Numbered from the whole stretch's first letter, positions 13,853 to 26,467 are shown. The stretch is DNA of 63,188 nt, filler included, from Choristocarpus tenellus KU-1152 (GCA_964200185.2; 11 parts of 11 records of this genome joined end to end with filler, not necessarily neighbours in it), one strand, 5' to 3'. Translations and numbers: made by a program. Notes: a model not told the origin generated them from the letters alone.

Positions 13853-15692
13853 TGTAACGTCTCTTTATGAGGACGGTTCTCTCAAGACGGATCTCCTATC
13901 ACTGAAGGGCTTCTTGTCCGAAACCCATCCGAATCTTGATCCTCCCCACTTCCTCAGTTCTCCACTTTTTCCTGCAAGTTCTTTCAGTCTTGCACTTGTG
14001 TAATCGTAACCTCGTCTTCTCGGTTACAGTTCATATTCGTTCGTCTGGTCCGTCTTGCCTGGTGATTCTCTTCGCCACCCTTGCCTGAGGGAACCACGCC
14101 GCCACAGAATCACACGATTCATATTGGTGACACAAGTGAATTTAGAGAGAAGGTGACGGGAAATTTTTGTTTGACCACTGACTCAGGATGCCGAATCCAA
14201 AATCGAGAAGAAACTGGCGTGAACAAGAACGTCTGGCTGAACACCTCAAAGAACCAAGAGAAGCAGAGGAAAAATATTGAAACCTGAATCGAATGCATCT
14301 TACATGTAAGCAAAATGCGCAGACTACTAGCGATGAGGAATCATGTTTTTGCGAAGCACCGATGAGTCATATGCGTAGTCTATTTTATGTATAGGTGTGA
14401 TTGTGCTGCAAAGCACCGATGCATTTATTCTGTTGTACCTGATGTCATTGATCTCTAAGCCAAGAATGATGAGATGTGAATTCAGTATTCTTTTGTGTGA
14501 TACTCAACGAAAGAAGTCCATGCTCTGTGGAGAGGCCTATTACCTTGGCTGGCAAGGGTTTCCACGGATGGTTTAAACTCTGATTATATTACATCCATGT
14601 TTGTGTATGACGCACAGTTTGCAGAGTGGCGTTCGTGCAATTTGAGGCATCAAAGGCTGTCACGAAAGAAATAATAATCAACAATGGATGTACAACTGTC
14701 ATCTTCTGCTGATAAGAAAGATTGAAAGAAAAAACAAACAGCAGAACAACAGAACAAAATTGAAGCAATATGTGATGCAACTCAAGTGACGTACACTATA
14801 CTATACTATTCGTGTGGAATGCAGAGCAACTGTTCTGTACGAAGGTGTTCTGATTGTAGTTGATGTNNNNNNNNNNGAACTAGTGAAAGTAACGTCCAGA
14901 ACGTAACAGACCAACCAACAGTCAGTGTTGACTGGTGGAACTGTATAGTATCAAGGAACAAACTGATGAGTAGCCTACGTTTTAACAGAGAAAGTCGAAG
15001 AAAACGAATCAGTGGAGGACTTGGATTCCTCAACCAGCCATGATTCCATTCCGATTCGTTGAGTCAATCGTCTGCATCGTCTACTACTGATGTAAGATAT
15101 GTGAACCGTAGACGTGTTTCCCCCCCATCTTCCCCAGACCGTCGTCGTCAGACAGGAACCATGTCGTCGACTTTTGAGCTTCATGTCAGCTCGAGCAACC
15201 GTGATATTCGTCGTGTCCTTTTTCAGGACAATCCTGTCTCGCCTCCGAGTTCCACTGCTTTTGAAGTGGCCATTTCGCAGGCTTAGTTTGGTGATGCTAT
15301 TCCAGCATTCATTGCGCACCATGTGAACGAATACGCGAGAACAAACACTGTGCCGCCAGAATGGCTTCAGGATCTGTTGAAGCTTCAAGCTCGGAGGAAC
15401 TAGTTCGATCAAGTAAGACCTAAGAACACAGTAGCCATGTATCGCACCTGCAACCAGTGCCTGATATGGAGTCTCATATTGATACTGTGGGTGGTGCTAA
15501 ATTTATCACCGTTTATGATATTCAGAGTGCGTATTGACAAATTCCAGTTGCTGAAGATGATATTGATAAAACTGCTCTTGTCACTTCCAATGGCAAATAT
15601 GTTCTTTAGAGGATGCCGTTTGGGATATCAAATGCCCCTCGGCAATTTCAAAGGATCACGTCCTTAGCCTTACCAATTTTGGGCCACTTAGT
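13853..15692 (+). mobile_element. Decayed Ty3/gypsy element (candidate 5' LTR, PBS, gag-like region, RT fragment)
   Basis: 15454-15690 translates PVPDMESHIDTVGGAKFITVYDIQSAY*QIPVAEDDIDKTALVTSNGKYVL*RMPFGISNAPRQFQR (gypsy RT motifs, two stops). Candidate LTR 13853-14121 (TGTAACG...CGATTCA) with TGGTGACA PBS at 14125. Interrupted by a Copia LTR and cut by a MITE A. Confidence 0.8.
14275..14987 (-). mobile_element. Copia solo LTR (same family as 16725-17487 and 40135-40880)
   Basis: Reverse complement starts TGTTAAAACGTAGGCTACTCATC and ends TTCAGGTTTCAATA; homologous along its length to the other LTRs; contains a 10-N gap; TSD not clean (AAAAA/GAGAA). Confidence 0.85.
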
Positions 15693-15762
15693 GAGCCAGA
15701 GTATCTTGGAGGGTAGAGCCGCGTCCAATTGAGGGCTAAAATCCAATGTTGCTATTTTGATG
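15693..15762 (+). mobile_element. MITE family A, 5' part cut by contig end
   Basis: GAGCCAGAGTATCTTGGAGGGTAGAGCCGCGTCCAATT...; sits in the gypsy RT. Confidence 0.85.
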
Positions 15763-15914
15763 NNNNNNNNNNNNNNNNNNNNNNNNNNNNNNNNNNNNNN
15801 NNNNNNTTAATTAATTAANNNNNNNNNNNNNNNNNNNNNNNNNNNNNNNNNNNNNNNNNNNNGGGTGAAAAACGGATGCCGACACCCCCCCCAGATGCTT
15901 TGACCCAACTATTT

Positions 15915-16093
15915 GACCTAAAGTATCTGGGGGGAGGGGGCTGTCTACGCCAGGGTGTCAATTTGGACCAAAACCAGGAAAAGCACACTTACATTATCCA
16001 TCCGACGTGTGCAACCAAACCACCCAAAAATCGCGACATGAAAAAATTGGTCCCAAATGGACAGTCGCCACCCACCCCCAGATACTTTGAACC
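15915..16093 (-). mobile_element. MITE family B, full length, 4-bp TSD ATTT
   Basis: GACCTAAAGTATCTGGGG...CCCCAGATACTTTGAACC with ATTT on both sides. Confidence 0.92.
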
Positions 16094-16724
16094 ATTTATC
16101 ATTTAGTCGTTGTAAGGCCATGTACTTAGCATGATTGGTTATTCAATCCTATTTACTCCCCAATGAATAAAGTGAACAATCCAGCATAGTTTATAACATT
16201 TCCTTTATGGCGCCAATGACGAGCCTGATCATCCACATACAGTGTTGTGGATTGGAGCTACATATCCCAGCATGGTAAGCTTTCAGAGCGTCTTGTAACA
16301 TGGAGGTCCTACCTTGTATCTCCAAACCGAAGAGATTACTCAGCTTACCATATATATATATATTGTCCTTGGGAGGTATGGAATCATCTTCATCTCCATT
16401 TATCATGAAATGGGGGAAAGGGTCTGCATCGTCGCTTCTGTGGTTCACCCCCAGTAAGGAACGGACCTTGTGACCATGAGTTAGGATATTCATTGTTTTT
16501 TCGGGTCTACAAATGCATCAACTCACATGTGTTTCCTCGTCGAAATTTGAGTTCCAAGTATATTGTAGCGAAAACTAGTCCACTGTGAACAAAATCGTGC
16601 AATAACACACACAGTGGAAACGGTCCCAAGTCGTGATGGACGTCTGGGACAATCATGTTCGCATTGATGACCTTCACCCCAGAACACGGCTTATGACCTT
16701 GAGGTTGTGTAATAGAGCGCAAAT

Positions 16725-17487
16725 TGTTAAAACATAGGCTACTCATCTGTTTTTCCTTGCTAAGATACAGTGTTCCACCAGTCAACACTGACTGTTGATT
16801 GGTCTGTTACGTACCGGTCGTTACTCTCACTAGTTCATCATCACCACATCAATTACCGTCAGAACACCGCAGTTCAGAACAGTCGCTTTGCATTCTACAC
16901 ACAGTAATAGTACGCATCACTTGAGTTGCATCACATATTGATTCAAGTTTGTTCTCTTGTTCTCTTGTTTGTTCTTATTTTCTTTTCTCTCTCTCTCTCT
17001 TCTTCTTATCAGGAGAAGATGATTGTTGTACGTTAATTGTTGGCTATTGTTTCTTTATTGGTTGTCATTGACCCCTCATAGTGCACCAAGGTCAATCTGC
17101 AATAGGTGTACCTGACATACACCTGTATGTAATATAATCAGAGTTAAATCATCCACGGAAGCCCTTGCCAGCCAAAGTAACAAGCCTCTCCACAGAGCAT
17201 GGACTTCTTTCGTTGAGTATCTCATGAAAGATCACTGAATTCATATTACATCATTCTGAATTGAGCAACCAAGAATACTGATTCACATCACATCATTCTT
17301 GACTGAGATATCAATTACCTCAGTTGCAACAGAATATATACATCGGTGCTTTGCAGCACAATCACATCTATTCACAACATAGAATACGCATTTTACTCAT
17401 CGGTGCTTTGCAACACCATGATTCCTCATCGCTCGTAGTCTACACATTTTGCTTAGATGCACGATGCATTCGATTCAGGTTTCAACA
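16725..17487 (+). mobile_element. Copia solo LTR (763 bp) with 5-bp TSD
   Basis: TGTTAAAAC...GTTTCAACA; flanks CAAAT/CAGAT; no PBS follows; homologous to the 5' LTR at 40135-40880. Confidence 0.92.
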
Positions 17488-17949
17488 CAGATCGGCTTAC
17501 TGTCTGCACTGGTTCGCATCAATGACCTGCACTTGTGATCATGGCTTCAGGGTCTCTCTTTACGACCTCGAGGCTGTGACAAGTCAGATATTTACAGTCT
17601 TTGCGAGAAGTGAAGAAGAGCACCCTGCAGATGTCAATAGGGGGGAAAGATAGTTACATGTGTATAAGTAGTTAACAAAACCCTACTGGGTTTGGTTACA
17701 AGGAGGAGAGAGTCTTTCAATGACAGTACTCAATTTCTATGTGACTATGAGACATTATTTTTATGCCTTGCATTTATTTGTGTTGATAGTTTCTAAGGGG
17801 GAGAGTCTTTCTATGTCAGTACCCTATTCCAATGTCGTTGTTATTTTTGCGTCTGTATTATTGGAGGTTTATAGTTGTGAAGGGGGAGAGTCCTTTGATT
17901 GCATTACCCTACTTTATGATATTGGGAGACATGTTTGGCTGTGTTTGTT

Positions 17950-18195
17950 TTGGGGTCAGGCGTCCATTCAGGCCTTTGTGACTTTGTAGTGATTTTCTGT
18001 CGTTTGAGTGAATGTATCAGAAGTAAGGGCAATTTCCTTAATATAAATGTACCTTCCTTCAAACCCCCTCTGCCTGAAGCCAATCCGAAGGAAATCGCTC
18101 TAAAACGGTCATCAAACTGGGGTGTTTTTACTTCACCCCATCAAGTCTGAAATGGACGGCCTGGCCTAACCCCCCCCTCTAGGGTACTATGACCC
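17950..18195 (+). mobile_element. MITE family D, left terminus lost
   Basis: Body homologous to 52473-52741; right end CCCCCCTCTAGGGTACTATGACCC. Confidence 0.75.
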
Positions 18196-18968
18196 CCAAA
18201 ATGTATCCCAACTGCTCAAGTAACGTGAAGTCAACAAGTAGATGTTCGCCACAGTGCATAAGATTTCCCCAAACATCTTATATCTGCATTGTGCCATGCC
18301 CCTCGCCCACCATGTCAAGGGTCCTTATATTTTCGGTTTAAGGGGTCTAAGAGGAGTGGTGGACAAGATCTGCTTGGATCTTTGAGAGGCACATCGGGAA
18401 ACAAGCCAGTTTGGTTGGTGTGACACTCTGCGTCAAGCCCCTCAAAATACTGGCAGACCCTTCCTGACGATGGAAGGACACAGACTCAAGAACTCTGACC
18501 AATCGTGATTCTGTAGGCATATAGTGCATGAGTGTGGCTGTGTATTTGGAGAAGGCCATATCGCCGTGCGATGCAAGGTATCATGTATTGAGTTTGCTTG
18601 TTTGTGTGTGTGTGTGTGTGTGTAAGACACACGTACACGTTGTCCTTATGGCATACCAATGAAATATTTGGGCCCCCACACACTTTCCCCCTCTCCACTT
18701 TGTAGCTGGCACAAGATGGAGGATCGAGCTGTATTAGAGTTTTAGGTTCTCGTTGGCTGATGTTTAACATTCTTGGGCTGTACCTAGTTTAGGTGTAAAC
18801 GCTGATTCTTGTCCTGGTAGATTGAATCAGATTTGTCTTTTTTTTAAACTTAAGGCAGTTTTTACGGACAATGTAGTGAAATTTGCGGAGTTAATCATGG
18901 TTTTATGGCTATTGTGGTTCAATCAGTAAGTTTGGAAAATTATGTTATTTGGGTTGGAAAAAGACTAA

Positions 18969-19144
18969 GGCTCAGAGTATCTGGGGGGGGTGCCGGCTGT
19001 CCGTCTGGGGTCAATTTTTTCATGTCGCGATTTTGGGGTGATTTGGTTGCATACGTCGAACGGATAATGTACATGCACTTTTCCTGATTTTGGCCCAAAT
19101 AGACGCTCTGATGTAGACCCCCTCCCCCCCAGATACTTTGGGTC
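18969..19144 (+). mobile_element. MITE family B, full length, 4-bp TSD CTAA
   Basis: GGCTCAGAGTATCTGGGG...CCCCAGATACTTTGGGTC with CTAA on both sides. Confidence 0.92.
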
Positions 19145-19158
19145 CTAAAAGGGTATTA

Positions 19159-19356
19159 ATGTCAATCTTATCTCTTCTTTTGATCTTTTTATCTTTTGGT
19201 GCGGTAATTCTAAGTTTTATTCCAGCAACTCAAAAAATATTACTTGAGCAATTTACTTCAGGTATTTCTTTGTTAGCTTTTGTATTATCTTTATTCCTTT
19301 GGGTTAAATTTGATCAGTCTATTTCAGATTTTCAAATTGTAATTGAATCTTTATAG
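19159..19356 (+). pseudogene. nad4: NUMT: 5' end of mitochondrial NADH dehydrogenase subunit 4
   Basis: Abrupt T-rich island encoding MSILSLLLIFLSFGAVILSFIPATQKILLEQFTSGISLLAFVLSLFLWVKFDQSISDFQIV, matching the algal/plant Nad4 N-terminus pattern (GA-I-L-x-F-I-P...SLFLW-x-x-FD-x-S...FQ); stops after 65 codons. Confidence 0.8.
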
Positions 19357-19570
19357 ATGGTCAAGAATTCCTTTTGGGCCCTCCTGGTGGAAGCTAATCA
19401 AGATTATTTTGTACATCTCCCCAGCCCTGGTGTCAATATGGGTCAATGGCAATCAGCGTATGCCCCCAGACCCCCACAAACAGCGTTGCTATGCACGTCA
19501 CTGGACTAGCGTTGGGCCTTCTGGAAGGTCATTTACTCACCACATGAATTTGTAAGGGAGGACTCCTTCA

Positions 19571-19828
19571 GAGCCAAAGTATCTTAGAGGGTAGAGCCAC
19601 GTCCGTTTGGGGGCAAAAATCCAATGTTGCGATTTTGATGTAATTTTGGCTATCGTGTTGTTAGGAAGTGTCAATATCCTTGTTCTGGACACGACTTCTC
19701 ACAACATACATATTTTTCCTACTCCCATACATTTTGGAGTAGGAAAATGTCATGAAAAACCCCATGGGGAGTCAAGTACCAAACGGACAAACAGGGCAAA
19801 ACTCGTACCCTCTAAGATACTTTAACTC
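19571..19828 (+). mobile_element. MITE family A, full length, 4-bp TSD TTCA
   Basis: GAGCCAAAGTATCTTAGAGGGTA...TACCCTCTAAGATACTTTAACTC with TTCA on both sides. Confidence 0.93.
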
Positions 19829-20099
19829 TTCACCCTGCTCTTCTCTTAAGGTAAAGCAGGCATCCCACCCTGCTACCAGCTGGGACGAATACGGTTGAGT
19901 GTGATGGAGCCCTATACTGGGATCTGTGCAAGGTTCCTCCATTGGATACGTGGCTTGCCCCGGCATGGTCATTTCATTTGCGCAAAGTGCTCAAAGCGGT
20001 TCTCTTGAGCAGTAGCGCTGTAGGTACAGGAGTCGTGGCATTCAAAAGTGTCCTTTTTTTTAGCTTTGTGCGGTGTTGAAGAAGCTGTTGTCTATCGGA

Positions 20100-20250
20100 C
20101 AATGGCAGCTCTTTCAAACCCTCCAAGGGTATGTTCCCTTGTCGCTACATCTTCCTCTGACATTGTAGTCTCCCCAGACAACACCCCTGAGACATCTACT
20201 TCAGCCCTTGTGAGAAGAGAGCTCGTCTCTGTTCCTTCCTCTCCCTCGGT
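20100..20250 (-). mobile_element. Inverted, diverged fragment of the neighbouring Copia family
   Basis: Reverse complement aligns with 21862-22003 (AAGGGCTG.AGTAGAT...TCTCAGG...CAGAGGA.GA.GT...CCTTGGAGGGTTT). Confidence 0.75.
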
Positions 20251-20639
20251 CTGTCAACCATATACTTTTTGTTAATGTGTAAAAGAAGTTTCTATAAGAA
20301 ACAATCTTAGGATGGAAGAGACCATGTTTGTGCTCCGAAAAATATAATATATGTTTGGGTTTAAGAATTAGAATATGAAGGAGTTCAGGAATAGGAAACA
20401 TCGTAGTCAGTAATCGTTGATTAGTGATTACTACTGATCCACAGAATAGAATTGATTTGGTGGCAAGGACCCCCCCCCCCTTGGGCTTGAAAGTTTACTC
20501 CTCCTTTCTCCTTCCTTACTTCGACTACAACCTGTTCTACACAATAAGGAATTAATAAAGTAATCTATATACACAAGTCTTGGGAACACCAGCTTCGTTA
20601 ACATGCTAGCTAGCATTACTTACTGACGTGTGCAAAGTT

Positions 20640-23600
20640 TTCAAGGTTAGCGTAGGTTGATTGGAGGGGGAGTTCCCATGGAGGCGGCCATTGTTACAGC
20701 AGACGGGCTTTGAACAGAGCGGAGTATAGAGAGACAACAACTGCAACACCAGTTAAGGATGGTTAGAGGGAGACGAAGAGGCGGTTGGTTGAACAGCGCA
20801 CCAAACGATTATTATAGGACAGAGACTGCGGCAACTCATACCAAGTCCCGTCAAAGTTTAAAGCTTATAGTGGAGATGATGACGGGGAAGGCTATGCTAT
20901 ATTGGAGAGAAACTTCCTTTCGTGTGCTTCCAAGGGCGGATGGAAATATGTTCTTCCCACAGAAGATCACATCAGAGTGAGCAGCGACATTTTTGACGAA
21001 TTGAGATGGACTGAGAGAGAAGTTAAAAGAGCTGGTATGGGTATGGCGTGGAGTGTTGGCTGGTTGTGTGGAGGACAACACTTCCAATCCTCCTGCCCCA
21101 CTACTGTTTCCTCATGTTCCGGATGCTACACAGGTGCTTGTTATGTTTGTGGAGTGACAGGGCACAAGGCTTGCTGCTGTCCTAAATGCGCTGGAGCTAT
21201 TGGGGTGACTGGTCAAGGATCGAGTAGTTCTGGACCAAATTCCAGAAAGAGAGGAAGATTGCTAAAGAAAAGTTGAGGTGATGCTAATATCATTGAAGCT
21301 GGTGAGGGAGAATACAAAGCTAGTGGTACACCAGTGCAGGTTGGAGGATTCTCCTTGGTGAGTGATGATGGGAGTCTTCTGAAACTGGATGAACTTTGTT
21401 TCTTTGAGAATGAGTGTTCGGGACACATGACAAATATCCCTTTTGCTTTGATAGATCCAAAATCTGAGGTAGGGTCATCAGTGACTGTCGGGGATGGAAA
21501 GGTTCTACAAGTTTCATGCATAGATGATTTGTCCCGATGTTGTGTACAGAATGGGGAGGTTTCCAACTTCATCTTGCAACAACATGTCACTTGTCCGTGG
21601 TTTCAAGTTAAGTCTCTTCGCTATGATACAAACGGGAAAGCAATTTGGGGGAGAATTAGATAGGAAAGGGGAAATTTCTTTGTGATTAACCCTTCTTCTG
21701 GAGGACCTGGATTGGAGTTTGTGGAGATGAGTGGGAAGAATGATCGATTGTTTACTTTGAAAGCCAATTGGAGAAACTTCTGGACAGCTCCTGACCTGAA
21801 CTCAAGACAATTACTGAAGTACTAGACATGACAGAGAGGATCATGTTGGGACTAATTCTAGTCGAGGGGGAGGCAGGAACTGACACACTGTCCCAAGAAG
21901 GGCTGGAGTAGATACCGTCTCAGGAGGAACAGCCGAGCAAAATGCAACATCAGAGGAGGACGTTGAAACGACAGGAGAGTATGTCCTTGGAGGGTTTTCA
22001 GAAGATACAATTGACCCAGGGGGAACTGCTGAGGAGGAGTGACCTACCTCAAATATGGCTGGAATGTGTGTCGATCTGGAGCAGTCGACTGGAGTGCACC
22101 CAACGTCAGAGGAGGATGCTGTGGAAACTGATGAACTCGGCTTTCCTGGGGCCGCAGGACATGTCACTGCCCTGTGGGGGCCTAGTGGATGAGCGAAACC
22201 CGCTACGAGTATGGACATTCATCAGATACATCACCAACTGCGTCATTGTCATGAGGTAATGGTCTGAAAGTATGCTAAGGAATGTGGCATTATTTTGACA
22301 GGCGAATGGGAGGAGTACTGCAAGGGATGTGTTATTGGCAAGGCTCATCAAAAATCAATTCCGAAGGTGATGTTGAGCAGATTGGAGAAACGTCTAGAGA
22401 AGGTCTTTATTGATCTGAGTGGTCCGAAGCCTAGGGTAAGCAACCCAGGAGTTTTTTTTGTATGAGATACTCATGTTCTACGTTAAGACTGGGATGGTTT
22501 GGATAACGATTTTTGAGATCCAAGGATGAGACTGCCAAATTATTCAGGGCGTTCATCCGTGATGTGGTTGAAGCGGAGAACATAAGCATTGGGTGTGTGA
22601 GGACTGGCGAGGGGATGAAGCTCAAGAATGTTGACTTTGAGGATGTACTTGATGAACACAAGATAATGCACGAGTACACTGTATCTGTAGCTCATCAACT
22701 CAATGGGAAGGTGGAACGGGCTATTGCACTGATTGTGGAAAGGGCTTGGTCATCATGCATGCAGCTGGTCTGGGGAATCAACTGGGATTGTGGGCTGAGG
22801 CACCCAATGTGGCTAACACCCTTTCTAATCTGTCCCCCACATCTGCTATTCCTCACTGGAAGTCCCCATAATATATGTTTTTATGGGGTTCCTACTCATC
22901 CTCATCTATTATCACTCTGGATTCGAAGGGATACGCTAGAGAGGATAACCGCATGCATAAATTGTCTCCTCAAGCTGAACCATGCTTGACGATGGGACTT
23001 TCCTCTAAACACCCTTCCGATACACTGCGGATCCTGCTTCTCAATTCAGGGTAATAGTCCATAGGAGGGACTATGTGTGGGAACCCTACACTGATCTGTA
23101 CCAGTGACTCCAATGATGGATGATCGGATAGCAGTCAACAAGGAACCTCCTTTGGAGGTGGGAGGTGGTCTGCTGTTTGAAGAAATGGAAATAGCCTCAG
23201 TGATAGAGGACTAGAGGACCCGCATGGAGATGACACTGTGGGATCTGTTTCAAGTCCAGAGGTACTAGGAAATGAGCGGGAGGTAGAAGGGGAGATGGTG
23301 AGATCAGAAGGGGTATTGGATACAGGCATGGGTGATGTGAATCAGAAGTCGCAGCAGGGGAGTGGGAAAAATACATTGATGCTGAGACTTGCTGATCACA
23401 ACTGAGTCTCTACACCTGAGCCAAGCTCACCATCCGAACGATAACTGCGGTATGAGAGGAGACTGATTGGTCTACGCATTGGTGGAAAAGATAGACCACT
23501 CCCACCAGAACCCAAGAAAATGCAAAAGAGTCGATGGAGTTGGAGGAGTGGCCCTTGTGGAAAGGAGCTGTGGATGAGGAAGCGAACTATTTGTATAGCA

Positions 23601-24475
23601 GGGGACGTGGATTCAAGTACCTCACCCCACTGTTGGCCACAATGTGCCTGGGATTAAGATCTTGCTGACTAGGAAGGTGGATGGTAATGGAGAATTGGAG
23701 CAGTACAAGGCCAGGTTGGTTGTTCAGGGATTTCGTCAGAGGAAGGAGGAGGACTACTTCGAGTCATTAAACCTAAACCTACTCATGCTTCTCTTTACAT
23801 GTTGTTTGCATTAGCAGTGAAATTGAATTATGTGTTGATTCACAGTGATGGGAAGAAGTCCTTCACCCAGGCTGACTTAGAGGAGACACTGTATGTGGAA
23901 CTTCCAGAAGGAAAGGCAATGTTTGATGGAGCAGAGGGATTAGTGAAGAAGTCCTTGTATGGGATAGTTCAAGTGTCTAGGAACTGGAATTTTCTGATGG
24001 TGTAAGCTTTACTGGAGCTGGGATTGGAACATTATGAAGCAGATCCATGTTTAGTCAGATTGATAGTGGATGGCGAGGTGGTGATGATCGTGATCGCTCA
24101 TGTGGATGACAAGCTGATGGCAAAGGGGCAAAATAAGAATTTACTGGGGGTGAATTTGAGTGAGGTTACTAAACTCATGGGCTGCAGGATCAGGGGAAAC
24201 AGGAAAGCTGGGACACTTGTGTGGACCAGAGCTAGTACTTCGGAGACCTGTCGGAAAGACATGGTATTGGCACAACATACGAGCTGCTGTCAATGGCAAA
24301 GAGAGTGGAGAAGAAGGGGCCTGTTCCAGACGGCAACATACCTCTATGATTGGTACGATACAATGGACAGCTGCAATGACGAGACCTGATGCGTCTTTCG
24401 AGTATTGAGAGCTTCTGTGGAGAACCCAAGCTGATCTGATTGGTTGAATGCCGAGAGAGTAATAGGGTAATCTAC
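20640..24475 (+). mobile_element. Degenerate Ty1/copia internal region (gag-PR-IN-RT), many stops and frameshifts
   Basis: Zn knuckle CYVCGVTGHKACCC (21139-21180); decayed protease FFENECSGHMT (about 21400-21435); integrase CKGC...LEKVFIDLSGP and HQLNGKVERA; RT motifs YKARLVVQGFRQ, KKSLYGIVQ, DPCL, AHVDD. IN-before-RT order defines copia. Confidence 0.92.
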
Positions 24476-24501
24476 TGTTACAGGCGCCCCTCAATGCTCA
24501 C
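24476..24501 (+). mobile_element. Start of an LTR of the 10792-11229 family, inserted in the Copia; cut by contig end
   Basis: 26/26 identity to 10792-10817. Confidence 0.8.
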
Positions 24502-24706
24502 NNNNNNNNNNNNNNNNNNNNNNNNNNNNNNNNNNNNNNNNNNNNTTAATTAATTAANNNNNNNNNNNNNNNNNNNNNNNNNNNNNNNNNNNNNNNNNNN
24601 NCAGCAAAAAATAGAGTTGTTTGACCCAACCGGACCCCCCCTCACAAACCCCCCCCCCCCCCAGATAATTTGACCCAGTCTTCCACTTGGTGGGGTCATA
24701 CACACA

Positions 24707-25107
24707 ATTTACACACACATTTCATTCGCTGGCGCCAAAAAGGATCCACGACGCCGCAAATGCCATGAAGATTGCAGGGCCATCATTTTATCTGTACAAT
24801 GCAGTCAACTAAATTTGATGTGATCTAATGTATGTATGGTACTGTGCAGTACTGAGAGACAAAATACTGCTATGTTGTGTACTGTTGATGTCAAGCAGCT
24901 TTGTGGCTCACTCTGTTATATTTTGCTGGACTTTTGACACGACATTTTGTGAAACTGTTCGGTCAAGTAGTGAAAAGAAAAAAAAAAGAGTTTGCTCGAT
25001 ATAAGAGAGCATTGGAAGGAAACGCCAAAACCTCTCTTATAGCCTGAAAAGTCGTGACAACACAATTTTCCCTCTCTTATAACATGTTTTCTCTTATATA
25101 GGTACAC
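24707..25107 (-). mobile_element. Terminal fragment of the pogo/Tigger family (non-coding)
   Basis: Homologous to 44685-45183 (GGATCCACGA...GCAAATG.CATGAAGAT; CTGTACAATGCAGTC; GAAAAGTCGTGACAA; TCTTATATAGGTACAC) with an internal deletion. Confidence 0.8.
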
Positions 25108-26043
25108 CAACTCCAAAAGAAAAGCAACGTACAGCAACCAAACAATTATACTCGGAGTAAGTGTTTTGTTTTGTTGTTTGTAGACCAACACCTCAAAGTC
25201 TTCAAAGACAAAGATCACCTCATCGCCAGCACTGAACATCCCACCATACCTGGAATGGTCACATTGGCATTCCACTGAACTGTGTCCTTGAGGTGCACAA
25301 TGAATGGTAAGAACTCCAGCCCATTGGACTCTGATAGCTCCATTCGCACAACGCATATATTCTCCATGGCAAGCTGATCCTTCTTCCTCGAGAAGTGACT
25401 CCTCAGGTACATGTCACCTACCCTATCCTCTGCAGAAAATCCGATGTCTATCCCTTCAGTGCGCGCACGTGGGTTAGTTGCCACTTGCAGTTAGTGGGGT
25501 TGCCGATAGAACTGTTCGTGTAGTGGCACGACATCTCGCTGTACATTAATGTACAAATGTTGCTGTTGATCTGTTGATCCGTGAAGAACCTATTCGTGGA
25601 TTTTATGCCACTGAAGTTCAGGACACGTGGATCGTGTCGTCCCGAACGGTCGATCTTGTAAGCTGGAAGGTGAACGATCTCCTAGCTTCTGAATGTGTCC
25701 TTCTGGAGAAGTTTTGCGAACGTGGTACCCTGTAGTCTGCCCTCGCTGTCTGTCCAGTCCTCGTAAGGGGTACGGTGTGTCAGTGTGTGTCGGGAAAGAA
25801 GAGACACATGTTGGTCTCCATCAGTACCACAGGATCTTGTTAACGATCCAATGTGATGCAATCAATCAATAGGGAACGTGTGACGAACTAATTGTTGAAA
25901 GAAGCAGTGATACTAGTGCAGTTGACTGATATGTAAAAACCCCATAATGTGTTGTTTGCGTATATGTGTCGCTTGGCAGAGAGATGTATCATTTGACGGG
26001 ATGCGTATATTGGAACTGAACATACTGGGTTTGATTGAAGAGG

Positions 26044-26300
26044 GAGTCAAAGTATCTTAGAGGGTAGAGCCGTGTCCATTTGGGGGGCCAAAATCCAATG
26101 TTGCAATTTTGTATAACTTTGGCTATCTTGATAGTCAAGAAGAGTCAGTATCCTTACTCTGGACAAGACTTTTCATAACATACACATTTTACCTACTCTG
26201 AAACATTTTGGAGTGGGAAAATGTCATAAAAACCTGTGGGAAGCCAAGCCCCAAACGGACAAACAGGGCAAAACTCGTGCCCTCTAAGATACCTTCACTC
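26044..26300 (+). mobile_element. MITE family A, full length
   Basis: GAGTCAAAGTATCTTAGAGGGTA...CCCTCTAAGATACCTTCACTC; no clean TSD. Confidence 0.9.
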
Positions 26301-26467
26301 AAGTGTGTATAGACGACTCGCCCTCCGCTTGTTTTCTCACTAATAGGACAGGTAGGACTGTAACATAATTTATATGAATCTATGATGTGTTTAATCTAGT
26401 TGTGGCCAAGGGGGGTCGGTGGTAAGTGGAAATAGAGGCGAAACGCACGAGTTCGAGGAGTGCGTGT

